Assembly (NCBI GenBank): GCA_963730935.1
Contig: CAVSTP010000002.1
Coordinates: 64,001 to 128,000 of the forward strand
Length of the DNA stretch: 64,000 nt
Source: an uncultured Nitrospiraceae bacterium
GTDB taxonomy: Bacteria > Nitrospirota > Nitrospiria > Nitrospirales > Nitrospiraceae
Direction: 5' to 3'
Shown: in pieces, positions 51,337 through 61,819 of the stretch
Numbering within the stretch: the stretch's first letter is position 1
Layout: the number at the start of each line of letters is the position of its first letter
The notes under the pieces: generated by a model
Told to the model about the DNA's origin: nothing
The model's database searches: none
Seen by the model: the letters and a program-made list of their open reading frames with translations, nothing else
Position numbers and translations under genes: made by a program

Positions 51337-51633
51337 TCAATTCATCTGATGGGCAAAATCGCTCAACGTTTTGACGACCGCGATTTGTAGGAAACTGATA
51401 ATCAGAATGGCGATGATCGGCGAGAGATCGATGCCCATTCTCCATCCGATCCACCGGCGAATCGGCGCAAGCACCGGCTCCGTGACACGCTCCAAAAACT
51501 GCACGATCGGATTCCACGGATCTGGATTGACCCAGGAAATCAGGGCCCTGGCAATGATGACCCACATGTAGAGCCACAACACGGTATCCAAGACCGTGGC
51601 CAATCCCTGCAACACATTACTCATGACGAACAT
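51337..51633 (-). CDS. yggT: YggT family membrane protein
   Basis: SWVNPDPWNPIVQFL...TEPVLAPIRR...IDLSPI. Confidence 0.92.
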   Translation of the reverse strand: MFVMSNVLQGLATVLDTVLWLYMWVIIARALISWVNPDPWNPIVQFLERVTEPVLAPIRRWIGWRMGIDLSPIIAILIISFLQIAVVKTLSDFAHQMN

Positions 51634-52448
51634 CAGCGCGCAAGCTCCTGCGAGCGCTTGGTTGCTGCTTCCACAGCCCCCATCAGTGTAGCACGGAACC
51701 GGCCCTCTTCGAGGCGATGCAGGCCTGCGATCGTGGTTCCACCAGGCGATGCCACACGGTCTTTCAGCTTAGCCGGATGCTCGCCCGATTCAAGGACCAT
51801 TTTGGCGGCGCCCAACACGGTTTGAGCCGCCAGGATTTCCGCCGTCTGACGGGGGAGTCCCATCTTCACACCGCCGTCTGCCAGCGCTTCGATCGCTTGA
51901 AACACGTAGGCCGGACCGCTGCCGCTGAGTCCGGTGACTGCATCCATGAGCCGCTCTTCAATGGGAATCACCCGACCCACTGCTTGGAAAACGGCACGGG
52001 CGATCCCCTTGTCTTCCTCGGTAATCGCGCCGGTCCATGACAGCGCGGTGATGCCTTCCCTGACCAGCACGGGCATGTTCGGCATTGCACGAATGACGCG
52101 CTGTGCCCCTGCTGCCTGGTTCAGGATCGACTGAATGGTCGTCCCCGCCGCGATCGAGATGACGAGCACGCGGTGGAGCTCTCCGCCTATGTCTCCGAGT
52201 ACCTGCGCCATAGCCTGTGGCTTCACCGCAAGTACCACGACGTCGGCCCAAGCGACCGCCTGACGATTATCCGATCCAACGCGAATCGCAAACTGGCTTT
52301 TCAATCGATCGCAACGGACGGGGACCGGATCGGTGGCCCAGAGCAACTCCGGGCGACAGACCTGTCCTGCGAGCAGGCCGCCGATGATCGCTTCCGCCAT
52401 CTGCCCACCCCCGACGAACGCAATCTTGTTGGTTAATGGATTACTCAC
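51633..52448 (-). CDS. proC: Pyrroline-5-carboxylate reductase
   Basis: GGGQM, LAVKPQ, RAMPN, SGSGPAY, SPGGTT. Confidence 0.96.
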   Translation of the reverse strand: MSNPLTNKIAFVGGGQMAEAIIGGLLAGQVCRPELLWATDPVPVRCDRLKSQFAIRVGSDNRQAVAWADVVVLAVKPQAMAQVLGDIGGELHRVLVISIAAGTTIQSILNQAAGAQRVIRAMPNMPVLVREGITALSWTGAITEEDKGIARAVFQAVGRVIPIEERLMDAVTGLSGSGPAYVFQAIEALADGGVKMGLPRQTAEILAAQTVLGAAKMVLESGEHPAKLKDRVASPGGTTIAGLHRLEEGRFRATLMGAVEAATKRSQELAR

Positions 52449-53151
52449 GCCGCCCTCCGAATATCGCCGTGCCCAAGCGAATCAATGTGGCCCCCTCCTG
52501 GATGGCCACCACGTAATCGTTCGACATCCCCATGGAAAGCTCTTTCAGCGAGACACCGGGAAGCCCCTGGTTCGTCAAGCGCACCGCCAGTTCCCGGAGA
52601 CGGCGAAAATATGGTCGCGATTGCTCTGCCTCACGGACGGACGGAGGAACGGCCATCAATCCTTCAATCGCCACATGATTCAGTACCGCCAATTGGGGAA
52701 GCGCCTGTTCCACCTCGTCGGCCAAAAACCCTGCTTTGCTCTGTTCTGCCCCGAGGTTGATCTCGAGCAAAATCTTCTGCCGCAGTCCGGCGTCTGCCGC
52801 CCGCCGATCAATCTCAGTCGCCAATTCCACACTGTCCACGGAATGGACCAAATCGAAGACGCCCACCACCGCACGGACCTTCCGCCGTTGAAGGTGACCG
52901 ATGAAGTGCCAGGTGATGCACTCTCCCTTCAGCGCCTCGATCTTGGGAAGGGCCTCTTGGAGGCGGTTTTCACCGGCGATCCGCACTCCTGCGTTGATGG
53001 CTTCGCGGATGCGGTCGATCGAAACCGTCTTGCTTGCCGCCACCAACCGCACACTACTCTCGTCCCGGCCGGCCTCCAGCATCGCGCTTCGGGTTCGATC
53101 GAATACGCCTGCCAGACGATCCTTGATTGAGTCCCCCGCTTGGACATCCAT
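52441..53151 (-). CDS. yggS: PLP homeostasis protein
   Basis: LVAASK, GENRLQE, WHFIGHLQ, LSMGMSND, RLGTAIFG. Confidence 0.95.
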   Translation of the reverse strand: MDVQAGDSIKDRLAGVFDRTRSAMLEAGRDESSVRLVAASKTVSIDRIREAINAGVRIAGENRLQEALPKIEALKGECITWHFIGHLQRRKVRAVVGVFDLVHSVDSVELATEIDRRAADAGLRQKILLEINLGAEQSKAGFLADEVEQALPQLAVLNHVAIEGLMAVPPSVREAEQSRPYFRRLRELAVRLTNQGLPGVSLKELSMGMSNDYVVAIQEGATLIRLGTAIFGGRRE

Positions 53152-53217
53152 CTTCGCTTGACCGACCGCGCCATTGCCCGCGGACCGCGTATTCTACCGA
53201 AATCGCGGAAGGTACGG

Positions 53218-53970
53218 CTAGCGGCGAGACACCAACGAGATCCCATTGAGCATCGTTCCGTTGACACGTCCTTCGCGTCGATAGGAATAGAAGAGTGCGG
53301 GATGACAAATTGTGCACACATTGACGACAGTGATCTGTTCCTGAGGGATGCCGATCTCTGCGGTCTGTCGCCGCACGAGCGCTTTCAAATCCAATCGCGC
53401 TTTGCTGCCGCGATCGTCGCGCACCAGCGTAGGCCAGTCCTGACGGCTACGGCGTAACGGTTCGAGCACCGCATGATCGACCTCGTAACAACAAGGGCCG
53501 GCCGAGGGACCAATGCTGACTCGCAGATCGCTTGGCTGGACGGCGAACCTTGCGACCAGCAACTCGATGGTCTTGGGCACGATGCCGGCCAATGCCCCGC
53601 GCCAGCCCGCATGGACGGATGCGACGGCCTTCCGGCGGCGGTCATAGAGGAGCACGGGGACACAATCGGCCGTTCGCACGGCCACCGTCACTCCCGGCTG
53701 ATCCGTGATCAACGCGTCCCATCCGCCTTCGAAGCGATCGGCTCCCGTGATCGGTCGATCGACGATCAGCGCATCGGTCCCATGCACCTGCTTCACCGAC
53801 AAGGTCCAGGCATGATCCCGCGCAGCCGAGTCGAGCACGGGCACACCGGTTTCATAGGCGACGGGAGTGCGATGCCTTGTGCCGAAGAAATGCCTGACGC
53901 CGTCGTGCGCCGAGCCAAACGCAGGCACGGTAATGACCGGTGCGCGCACTGCCGCCCTCCCCTGATCCAA
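53218..53970 (-). CDS. pgeF: Peptidoglycan editing factor / purine nucleoside phosphorylase (YfiH)
   Basis: QVHG, TADCVPV, HAGWRG, IGPSAGPCCYEV, YSYRR. Confidence 0.93.
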   Translation of the reverse strand: MDQGRAAVRAPVITVPAFGSAHDGVRHFFGTRHRTPVAYETGVPVLDSAARDHAWTLSVKQVHGTDALIVDRPITGADRFEGGWDALITDQPGVTVAVRTADCVPVLLYDRRRKAVASVHAGWRGALAGIVPKTIELLVARFAVQPSDLRVSIGPSAGPCCYEVDHAVLEPLRRSRQDWPTLVRDDRGSKARLDLKALVRRQTAEIGIPQEQITVVNVCTICHPALFYSYRREGRVNGTMLNGISLVSRR

Positions 53971-53974
53971 TGGA

Positions 53975-55153
53975 TCAGTCAGTTTGCTTTCTCAAGAACG
54001 TCGGCACGTCCCATTCGTCGTCAGCAGAGGCAGCGAGACGTTCGATCGCGTCCCGCTGTTCACCCATCCGCCGCAAGTAGGTGGGCCGGTCGAGGTCTTT
54101 GTGCGGCCGGTCCGCGACCGCCGCTCCGAGAGCCAGTCCCGCCTGAGTCGCGCGTGCCGGGCGTGCCGCGGCCACGCCGACCGGCGTCGGTTGATCGTCC
54201 CGCTCGAACCCGGTGGCAATGACGGTGACGACCAGATCGTCACCCATGTCCGGATTGATGACCTGGCCGACGATGATATTGGCTTCTGGATCCGCGGCCT
54301 GCTGGATGATGGAAGCCGCTTCTTCGATCTCGTGCAGGGACATGTTCGGGCCGCCGGAGATGTTGAGCAGGACGCCGCGTGCGCCTTCCACGCTGCCCTC
54401 TTCGAGCAACGGGCTGCAGATTGCCTTCTGCGCCGCCTCAATTGCGCGATTGGTTCCGCGCGACACTCCCATGCCCATGACGGCACGCCCAGTGTGCGAC
54501 ATCACGGTGCGCACGTCCGCAAAGTCCACGTTGACATGTCCCGTGGTCGTGATCACATCGGCGATGCCTTGAATCGCTTGCCGCAAGACGTCGTCGGCGA
54601 CCTTGAAGGCCTCGAGCAACGGCGTGGCCTTGTCCACGATCCCGAGCAAGCGTTGATTGGGAATCACCAAGAGCGTATCGACGTGCCGTCTGAGATCCCG
54701 GATTCCTTCATCGGCATGGGTCATTCGCCGATGGCCCTCATACGAAAACGGCTTCGTGACCACTCCGACCGTGAGGATGCCCAGTTCCCTGGCAATGCTG
54801 GCCACGATCGGCGCTGCGCCGGTTCCTGTACCGCCTCCCATTCCTGCCGTGACGAAGACCATATCCGCTCCTTCGAGGCATTCGCGGATTTGATCCTTGC
54901 TCTCCAGCGCAGATTCCTTTCCGATTTCCGGCCTCGCGCCTGCTCCCAATCCCCTCGTCCGTTCCGGGCCGAGTTGGACCTTGTACGCCGCCCGCGAGCG
55001 ATCCAACGCCTGAAGGTCCGTGTTCGCCGCGATGAGCTCGACGCGGGCTAGGCCCGACGTGATCATCGTATTCACGGCATTGCATCCCGCACCGCCCACA
55101 CCAATCACTTTGATGCGGACGGGCGACAGACAATCTTCTTGGAATGAGAACAT
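53975..55153 (-). CDS. ftsZ: Cell division protein FtsZ
   Basis: [25 protein letters not shown]-terminal DVPTFLRK. Confidence 0.98.
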   Translation of the reverse strand: MFSFQEDCLSPVRIKVIGVGGAGCNAVNTMITSGLARVELIAANTDLQALDRSRAAYKVQLGPERTRGLGAGARPEIGKESALESKDQIRECLEGADMVFVTAGMGGGTGTGAAPIVASIARELGILTVGVVTKPFSYEGHRRMTHADEGIRDLRRHVDTLLVIPNQRLLGIVDKATPLLEAFKVADDVLRQAIQGIADVITTTGHVNVDFADVRTVMSHTGRAVMGMGVSRGTNRAIEAAQKAICSPLLEEGSVEGARGVLLNISGGPNMSLHEIEEAASIIQQAADPEANIIVGQVINPDMGDDLVVTVIATGFERDDQPTPVGVAAARPARATQAGLALGAAVADRPHKDLDRPTYLRRMGEQRDAIERLAASADDEWDVPTFLRKQTD

Positions 55154-55198
55154 CAGGACACCTCCCTTGGCGCGAGGCCGGGCCGCGCGCCGGTTAAG

Positions 55199-56434
55199 TT
55201 AGAAGAACTCGAACATCCACGACTTCATTCGATCCAACATCCGGCCGATCGGTCTTCCGCTTCTGAGTCCGACCGCGGCGATCTCCTCCGTGTGACGCCG
55301 TGCATACAACAGCAATCCGACTCCTGTGGCATGCATGGGATTGCTCACGATGTCTCGGAGTCCGCCGATGCCGCTGGGCGCCCCCCGGCGGGCGGGAAGG
55401 TTGAGCACGTGCTCAGCCGCGTCCGGCATGCCTTCCAATAATGATGTGCCTCCGGTGACGACCACTCCGGCCCCTAACATGCCTTCATAGCCCGCGCGCG
55501 TGATCTCGCGCCGGACAAGTTCGAACATTTCTTCCACGCGCGGCTCGAGAATCTCGGCAATGTCGCGTCGAGAAAACGTTCGTGCCGGACGATCGCCGAC
55601 GGAGGGCACTTCGACAGTCTCATGACCTTGCACCAGATCTGTCCTCGTCACCCCGTGCTGGACTTTGATTTTTTCAGCTTCCGTTTGTGAGGTGAGCAGC
55701 CCGATGGCGAGATCTTTGGTCAAGTTCTGCCCGCCGATCGGCAGCACCGCCGAATGCCGGATGCTTCCGTCAAGATAGATGGCCAAGTCCGTCGTGCCTC
55801 CTCCCAGGTCCACCATCGCGACACCCAGATCGCGCTCTTCCTGGCTGAGGACCGCCTCGCTGGAAGCCAAGGGCTGCAAGATAATGTCGACCACATCGAG
55901 GCCGGCACGGTTCACGCTCTTAATGATGTTTTGTGCCGATGTGACGGCGCCGGTAATTACGTGGACGTTCACTTCCAGGCGATTCCCCGACAGTCCCAAT
56001 GGCTCTCTGACTCCCTCCTGTCCGTCAACCATGAACTCGCGCGGAAGGACGTGAAGGATGCGGCGTTCATGAGGGATGACGGCCAGTGTTCGGGCGCTTT
56101 CAATGGCTCGATGAATGTCGTCTCGGGTGACCTCGGATTTTTTGAGCGCCACGACCCCTTTGCAGTTTTCGGCTGAGATATGGCTACCGGCGATCCCGGT
56201 ATAGACGGAATTTATCTGCACCGCTGCCATCAATTCGGCTTCCTCGACCGCCTTCTTGATAGATTCGACGGTGCTCTCGATGTCGACCACCACCCCTTTG
56301 CGAAGTCCGCGAGAGGGGCTCGAACCGACGCCGATAATGTTGAGCGTGCCCTCTTCGGTGACTTCCGATACGATGGCGCAGATCTTAGTGGTGCCGATGT
56401 CCAACCCGACGAGAATTTGCTCTCGTTTCGCCAC
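55199..56434 (-). CDS. ftsA: Cell division protein FtsA
   Basis: GLDIGTTK, DLGGGTT, amphipathic C-terminal WMFEFF; GTG start. Confidence 0.97.
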   Translation of the reverse strand: MAKREQILVGLDIGTTKICAIVSEVTEEGTLNIIGVGSSPSRGLRKGVVVDIESTVESIKKAVEEAELMAAVQINSVYTGIAGSHISAENCKGVVALKKSEVTRDDIHRAIESARTLAVIPHERRILHVLPREFMVDGQEGVREPLGLSGNRLEVNVHVITGAVTSAQNIIKSVNRAGLDVVDIILQPLASSEAVLSQEERDLGVAMVDLGGGTTDLAIYLDGSIRHSAVLPIGGQNLTKDLAIGLLTSQTEAEKIKVQHGVTRTDLVQGHETVEVPSVGDRPARTFSRRDIAEILEPRVEEMFELVRREITRAGYEGMLGAGVVVTGGTSLLEGMPDAAEHVLNLPARRGAPSGIGGLRDIVSNPMHATGVGLLLYARRHTEEIAAVGLRSGRPIGRMLDRMKSWMFEFF

Positions 56435-56438
56435 AGCC

Positions 56439-57308
56439 TCACCCCCCCTCGCGAACAATCACGCGGTTCTCGTAGCGCAGGTCTACGTCGTGCCCATCGT
56501 GTTTTCGCCCGTCAAACGCCGGCACTTTGAACGCTGCTCTCACGTTCATATACCGATCCCACTGCTCCTTCAGCCCATCGCTTCCGAAGTGGAATCGCAC
56601 GCCCCTCGCCGAGGCCACGAGATTGACGGGATGACTGGCATCGATCTCAATGCGGCCATCCAGGGTTTCGGCCATCCATTTGGCTAACTCGATGGAGGAC
56701 TGGACCCGCTGCTTCACGCGAAGATCGCTTTGCGCCAAGAGTGTGCCCTCCACGCCGAGCAACAGCGGCAATGTCGTCTGATCCTGCGTGCCAAGGCGTG
56801 CGAGCACGACGCCTTCTTCATCAGTCAATAGATGTTCGGATCCGATCCGCACAATGGCCGCCGGTTTGCGCTCGACGATCGTCACTCGTAGCGCGTGCAG
56901 CGGAAGCCGTTCGACCGTGGCTTCTTTGATCCACGGATGGGTCCGCACGCGTTCGGCGAGATACGCGAGGCCCACTTGATGCTGGGCGAGCCCTTTCTTG
57001 AGCGCCAATCGATCAACGACTTCCTGTTTGGTCACCTGGCGTATCCCTTCGACGGATACCTCCCTGATCTCAAGGCCCCGTTGCAGAACCGGACCTACTT
57101 GACGAACCAGCAGAAGTCCGGCCCAGCACACGGCGGCCGCCGCGACCAGCCACCCGGCAACCTGCAAAACTCTTCGCCATCGAGCCATGAACGCTGAACG
57201 ACGGGCTTGCATCCTACGTTCTCGCGTCTGGACCGCGCGGGCTCCTTTCCACTGGTTGCTGCGAAAGCTGATCGCCTTCGCGGGTCGCCTGCGAAACACA
57301 TTTTTCAT
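56439..57308 (-). CDS. ftsQ: Cell division protein FtsQ
   Basis: Single TM, POTRA (HPWIKEATVER...ERKP), DLRY; between ddl and ftsA. Confidence 0.88.
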   Translation of the reverse strand: MKNVFRRRPAKAISFRSNQWKGARAVQTRERRMQARRSAFMARWRRVLQVAGWLVAAAAVCWAGLLLVRQVGPVLQRGLEIREVSVEGIRQVTKQEVVDRLALKKGLAQHQVGLAYLAERVRTHPWIKEATVERLPLHALRVTIVERKPAAIVRIGSEHLLTDEEGVVLARLGTQDQTTLPLLLGVEGTLLAQSDLRVKQRVQSSIELAKWMAETLDGRIEIDASHPVNLVASARGVRFHFGSDGLKEQWDRYMNVRAAFKVPAFDGRKHDGHDVDLRYENRVIVREGG

Positions 57309-58282
57309 GCCGCGTGCCCCGTCTGGCTCATTCTCTCGATCGCAGATTCCAGGATCCGTTCGGTCAGCTCTTCGTAATCAATGCCCGCCTGGGCAGCTGC
57401 CATCGGCAAGAGGCTCGTCTCCGTCATTCCGGGGACGGTGTTGATTTCGAGTACATAGGGGCGGCCGCGAGGAGTAATGCGAAAATCCACCCTGGCTGCG
57501 CCGGCACACCCCAAGACGTCATACGTTCGCAAAGCGAGATTTCGAATCTGCTTCGTGATCGCAGACGGGAGAGGCGCCGGACATAAGTACCGGGTCTTCC
57601 CCTTCTCGTATTTCGCCGAGAAATCATAGAAGCCGTCCGGAGCCACGATTTCGACGGCGGGCAGAGCCAGCGGCACCTCGTCCTTGCGGCCCAGAAGCGA
57701 GACGGTAACCTCATGACCGGGAATGTACGCTTCCACCATCGCATCTCGATCATAACGGTGCGCCAACGCCAAGGCCTCATCCCATTGAGCCGGTTTTTTT
57801 ACGATCGTGACGCCGATGGTCGAACCTTCCGATGCCGGCTTCACGACGACGGGCCGCCGCAGTTTCGCTGATCGCAATGCCTGCGCATGCGAGAGCCGTT
57901 CACCGCGCTTGATGACGAGACCCGCCGGCACGGGAATCCCGTGAGCGGCGAGAACAGTCTTGGTAGTGACCTTGTGCATCCCAACCGCGCTCGCGTGAAC
58001 GCCCGACCCCGTGTACGGGATCCCCAGGGTTTCCAAGAAGCCCTGAATGGAGCCGTCTTCTCCTCCGGGACCGTGCAGTGCGAGAAAGGCCACAGCGATC
58101 TTCTGATCCTGCAACTCCCGGCTCAAGGTCGGGCCGACATCGATGATGACCGCGTCATATCCGCGCCGGCAAAGTGCCCGATGCACAGCGGCCCCGGTGC
58201 GCAGTGACACTTCGCGCTCGGACGATTGACCACCCATCAATACGCCGATCCGGCCCTGAGTCAGCAATGGTTTCCCGCCCAT
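57305..58282 (-). CDS. ddl: D-alanine--D-alanine ligase
   Basis: GGQSSEREVS, LHGPGGEDG, YDFSAKY, EINTVPGMT. Confidence 0.96.
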   Translation of the reverse strand: MGGKPLLTQGRIGVLMGGQSSEREVSLRTGAAVHRALCRRGYDAVIIDVGPTLSRELQDQKIAVAFLALHGPGGEDGSIQGFLETLGIPYTGSGVHASAVGMHKVTTKTVLAAHGIPVPAGLVIKRGERLSHAQALRSAKLRRPVVVKPASEGSTIGVTIVKKPAQWDEALALAHRYDRDAMVEAYIPGHEVTVSLLGRKDEVPLALPAVEIVAPDGFYDFSAKYEKGKTRYLCPAPLPSAITKQIRNLALRTYDVLGCAGAARVDFRITPRGRPYVLEINTVPGMTETSLLPMAAAQAGIDYEELTERILESAIERMSQTGHAA

Positions 58283-58286
58283 TCCG

Positions 58287-59234
58287 CTATGCCTCACCGA
58301 CAATTTTGAGTTCGAGGTCCAGCCGGACTCCGGCCTTCTGTTTGAGCGTGCGTCTGACCTTGTGGATCAGACCGATCACGTCGGCAGCACTCGCGTGTCC
58401 GCGATTGACGATGAAATTTCCATGCTTGGTTGAGACTTCTGCATCGCCGATGCGCATGCCCTTTAATCCTGCGGCCTCGAGCAACCGGCCGGCGGAGTCT
58501 CGAGGAGGATTCTTGAACACGCAACCGGCGCTGGGCATCGCCAGCGGCTGCGTGTCCTTTCTATAATGGAGGTAGTCCTTCACGATTCTGGCTATCTCAG
58601 ACCGTAGGCCCGGTCGTAATTGAAGCCAGACCCCTACGACGATGCCCTTCGGCAGGTGGGCGCGCCGATAGTCAAACCGGATCGACGCAGCCGGCAAATC
58701 CCGGACATCACCTTTCGTGGTGACAATCCGCACAGCCTTCACCGCGTTCTTCATTTCACCCAGCCGCGTCCCGGCATTCATGACGAGACACCCTCCGACC
58801 GTTCCCGGTATACCGGCCGCCCATTCCAATCCGGCCAATGACCGGCGGATTGCGTATCCGATGAGCGTCGGCATTCCGACACCACCTTCGGCATAGAGGA
58901 CCGCGCCGGCTTCTTCTCGAATCGTGCGCAAATTGGACAGGCTCACCACGATGCCGCGGATTCCCCCGTCTCTGATGAGAAGATTGGTGCCGCCGACGAC
59001 AAAGATCGGAAGCTTGGCCGCACGCGCCTGCGCGAGCAGGTGACACGCATCGTCCACATCCGCCGGTTCCACAAGCACATCTGCCGGTCCACCAATCTTG
59101 AAGGAGGTGTACCCTCGCAGCATGGCGCCGAAGGTGACACGCCCACGGAGACCCGCCACTGCCATTTCCAAGCGCTTCCTGTCGATTCTGAGTGCGGCAT
59201 GCGCGCCACTCGTTCTGCCTTTCCCAACCTTCAT
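58287..59234 (-). CDS. murB: UDP-N-acetylmuramate dehydrogenase
   Basis: KIGGPA, GGTNLL, IPGTVGG, MNAG, SAGCVFKNP, HGNFIVN. Confidence 0.95.
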   Translation of the reverse strand: MKVGKGRTSGAHAALRIDRKRLEMAVAGLRGRVTFGAMLRGYTSFKIGGPADVLVEPADVDDACHLLAQARAAKLPIFVVGGTNLLIRDGGIRGIVVSLSNLRTIREEAGAVLYAEGGVGMPTLIGYAIRRSLAGLEWAAGIPGTVGGCLVMNAGTRLGEMKNAVKAVRIVTTKGDVRDLPAASIRFDYRRAHLPKGIVVGVWLQLRPGLRSEIARIVKDYLHYRKDTQPLAMPSAGCVFKNPPRDSAGRLLEAAGLKGMRIGDAEVSTKHGNFIVNRGHASAADVIGLIHKVRRTLKQKAGVRLDLELKIVGEA

Positions 59235-59238
59235 CGCC

Positions 59239-60630
59239 TCATGTGCCGCGTTCAAGCTTCGCCAGTAATGCAGGTCCGGTCTTCCAAATGTCTCCCGCTC
59301 CCAACGTCAAGACGAGATCTCCGGGCTTCAACTGAGGGAACACCATTTCGACAAGCCGGTCCTTCTGTTCAACAAAGGTGACAGACGGATGGCCTGCGCC
59401 ACGAATCGCTTCGGCCAATTTGGCGCCGGATACACCGGGAATTGGCTGTTCGCTGGCCGCGTAAATCTCGGTGAGAAAGAGATGGTCCGCCTGGCGAAAT
59501 GCGTGAGAAAATTCCTCGAGCAAATCCCTGGTTCTCGTATAGCGGTGGGGTTGAAACAGCACGAGCAGCCGCCGATCAGGCCAGCCTTGTTTCGCCGCTG
59601 CCAGTGTCGCCTTGATTTCCGTCGGATGATGGCCGTAATCGTCGACGACCATGATGTCGTTCGTCTCTCCTCGCAGATGAAACCGCCGCTCGACGCCCGT
59701 GAAGGCCGCCAGCGCCTTGCGGATGAGATCCACGGGCACATCCAGTTCGACCCCGATGGCAATTGCCGCCAGCGCATTCGAGACGTTATGGATGCCTGGA
59801 ACGGAGAGTCGGAACGGACCAAGGTTTCGCGTGCGGAAAAACGCGCGAAACTCCGAGCCGCCTTGTTTGGCCACGATCTCTGTCGCGCGAAAATCCAGGG
59901 CGACTCCTTCGGCTTCGGACAGGCCGTACGTGTAGTAGCGCTTGACGATCTTGGGGAAGAGGGAGCGAAGCCGCTCGTCATCTGCGCAGAGGACCGCCAG
60001 CCCGTAGAACGGCACCTTGTTGATGAACTCCAGAAAGGTGTCGTAGATCCGTTCCATGCTGCCGTAGTGATCCAAATGTTCTCGGTCGAGATTCGTCACT
60101 GCCACGATGGTAGGAGACAGGCGCAAGAACGATCCGTCGCTCTCGTCGGCTTCCGCCACCAGAAGCTCTCCCCGTCCCAGCCGGGCGTGGCTTCCCAGGG
60201 CATTCACCTTGCCGCCGATCACCATCGTCGGATCCAATCCGCCTTGTGCGAGAATATTGGCCACCATCGACGTCGTGGTGGTTTTTCCATGCGCGCCCGC
60301 GATGGCGACGCCAAATTTCAACCGCATGAGTTCGGCGAGCATTTCTGCGCGAGGGATCACCGGAATCTGTTTCGCTTTCGCGGCCAGTACCTCAGGGTTT
60401 TGAGGCGAGACGGCCGAGGAAATGACCACCACCTGCGCTTCTCCGATATGCGTCGCCAGATGGCCGATAAAGATACGTCCTCCCAGCTCTTCCAACCGAC
60501 GGGTCGTATCTGACGCCTGCAGATCAGAGCCACTGACCTTGTAACCGAGTGTCAGCAGCACTTCGGCGATGCCGCTCATACCGGCGCCGCCGATCCCTAC
60601 CAGATGAATGTGTTGCGTCTTACGAAACAT
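59239..60630 (-). CDS. murC: UDP-N-acetylmuramate--L-alanine ligase
   Basis: GIGGAGMSG, GAHGKTTTT, EADESD, DDYGHHP, FQPHRY. Confidence 0.97.
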   Translation of the reverse strand: MFRKTQHIHLVGIGGAGMSGIAEVLLTLGYKVSGSDLQASDTTRRLEELGGRIFIGHLATHIGEAQVVVISSAVSPQNPEVLAAKAKQIPVIPRAEMLAELMRLKFGVAIAGAHGKTTTTSMVANILAQGGLDPTMVIGGKVNALGSHARLGRGELLVAEADESDGSFLRLSPTIVAVTNLDREHLDHYGSMERIYDTFLEFINKVPFYGLAVLCADDERLRSLFPKIVKRYYTYGLSEAEGVALDFRATEIVAKQGGSEFRAFFRTRNLGPFRLSVPGIHNVSNALAAIAIGVELDVPVDLIRKALAAFTGVERRFHLRGETNDIMVVDDYGHHPTEIKATLAAAKQGWPDRRLLVLFQPHRYTRTRDLLEEFSHAFRQADHLFLTEIYAASEQPIPGVSGAKLAEAIRGAGHPSVTFVEQKDRLVEMVFPQLKPGDLVLTLGAGDIWKTGPALLAKLERGT

Positions 60631-60694
60631 CGATGTGCGCCTCAAACCTCCTGCTGGCTGTGATTGGGTGATACCGTTGCGCTGTCCTGCACCA

Positions 60695-61819
60695 TTAGAT
60701 TCCGGCCGCTCCAAGAGACTGGTTAACATCATGCTGGTCTCCTATGAGTGCATAGCATTCACGGACGATTGCCTCGGCCGCGTCCATTCGTCCCAAGCTC
60801 AGACTCGCAGCACCCATCGCTCGCATCCTGCCAGGGTCGTCGAGCACTCCCGTCAGTACTTGCGTCAGTCTTGCACCGCTCAATGCGGCTTGGGGGATGA
60901 CGACAGCGGCGCCGGCGTCTTCCATGACCTTGGCGTTCTTGGCCTGGTGGTCATAGATCGCTGTGGGCAAGGGAATGAGGATCGCCGGCTTGCCGCAGGC
61001 CGTGAGTTCGGCCACCGTCATCGCCCCGGCTCGTGCCACAACGACATCCGCAGCATTGATCGCCGCCGGCATGTCGTAGAGAAACGGGACCACATTCACA
61101 GAAACGCCGGCGCGATCGTAGGCCTCCTTCACACGGGCGTGATCCAATTCCCCGGTCTGGTGTGTCACAGTGATCGCGGAGCGCCGTTTCAACAATTCCG
61201 GCAGGCTTTCGATGGCTGCGCTGTTGACCGCCTTGGCCCCCTGACTTCCGCCGAACACGAGCACCTGCCGTCGATCCGCTGGCTTCGCCACGGAAGAGGA
61301 AGCGGCTCGCGTCAGAAAATCTCGCCGGATGGGCGTGCCGACAACACGGACCTTGTCCGGGCTAAAGGAGTCTGCCGCGGAAGCAAACGCCAAGAAGACG
61401 CGCTGAACGAACGCACCAACCGCCTTATTCGCAAGCCCCGCATGAGCATTGGGTTCGAGGATCACCCGGGGGATGCCCTTGAGCGTTGCTGCCATGACGA
61501 TCATCGGACTGGTGTAGCCTCCGACGCCGATCACGAGGTCCGCGCGCCGTTGCCGCAAAATTCGTCCGCATTGCCAAAAACTGATGGGCATGGCACACAA
61601 CCCCCTGAGCATGTCGACGGGTCCTCTGCCCATAATCGGTTTCGCGCTAATCAAGGCCAACTCGAATCGCTCGTGTGCTAAGACTTTTGATTCCAGCCCG
61701 CGTGTCGTGCCGACAAACAAGACCTTGGTCATCGGATCGCGCCGCAGAAATTCCCGCGCCAGTGCGATGGCCGGATACAGATGGCCCCCGGTTCCTCCCG
61801 CTGCAATGACGATCGTCAT
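60695..61819 (-). CDS. murG: Undecaprenyl-PP-MurNAc-pentapeptide GlcNAc transferase
   Basis: MTIVIAAGGTGGH, GGY, FGGSQGA, RAGAMT, HQAKNA; TGATG coupling with ftsW. Confidence 0.96.
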   Translation of the reverse strand: MTIVIAAGGTGGHLYPAIALAREFLRRDPMTKVLFVGTTRGLESKVLAHERFELALISAKPIMGRGPVDMLRGLCAMPISFWQCGRILRQRRADLVIGVGGYTSPMIVMAATLKGIPRVILEPNAHAGLANKAVGAFVQRVFLAFASAADSFSPDKVRVVGTPIRRDFLTRAASSSVAKPADRRQVLVFGGSQGAKAVNSAAIESLPELLKRRSAITVTHQTGELDHARVKEAYDRAGVSVNVVPFLYDMPAAINAADVVVARAGAMTVAELTACGKPAILIPLPTAIYDHQAKNAKVMEDAGAAVVIPQAALSGARLTQVLTGVLDDPGRMRAMGAASLSLGRMDAAEAIVRECYALIGDQHDVNQSLGAAGI

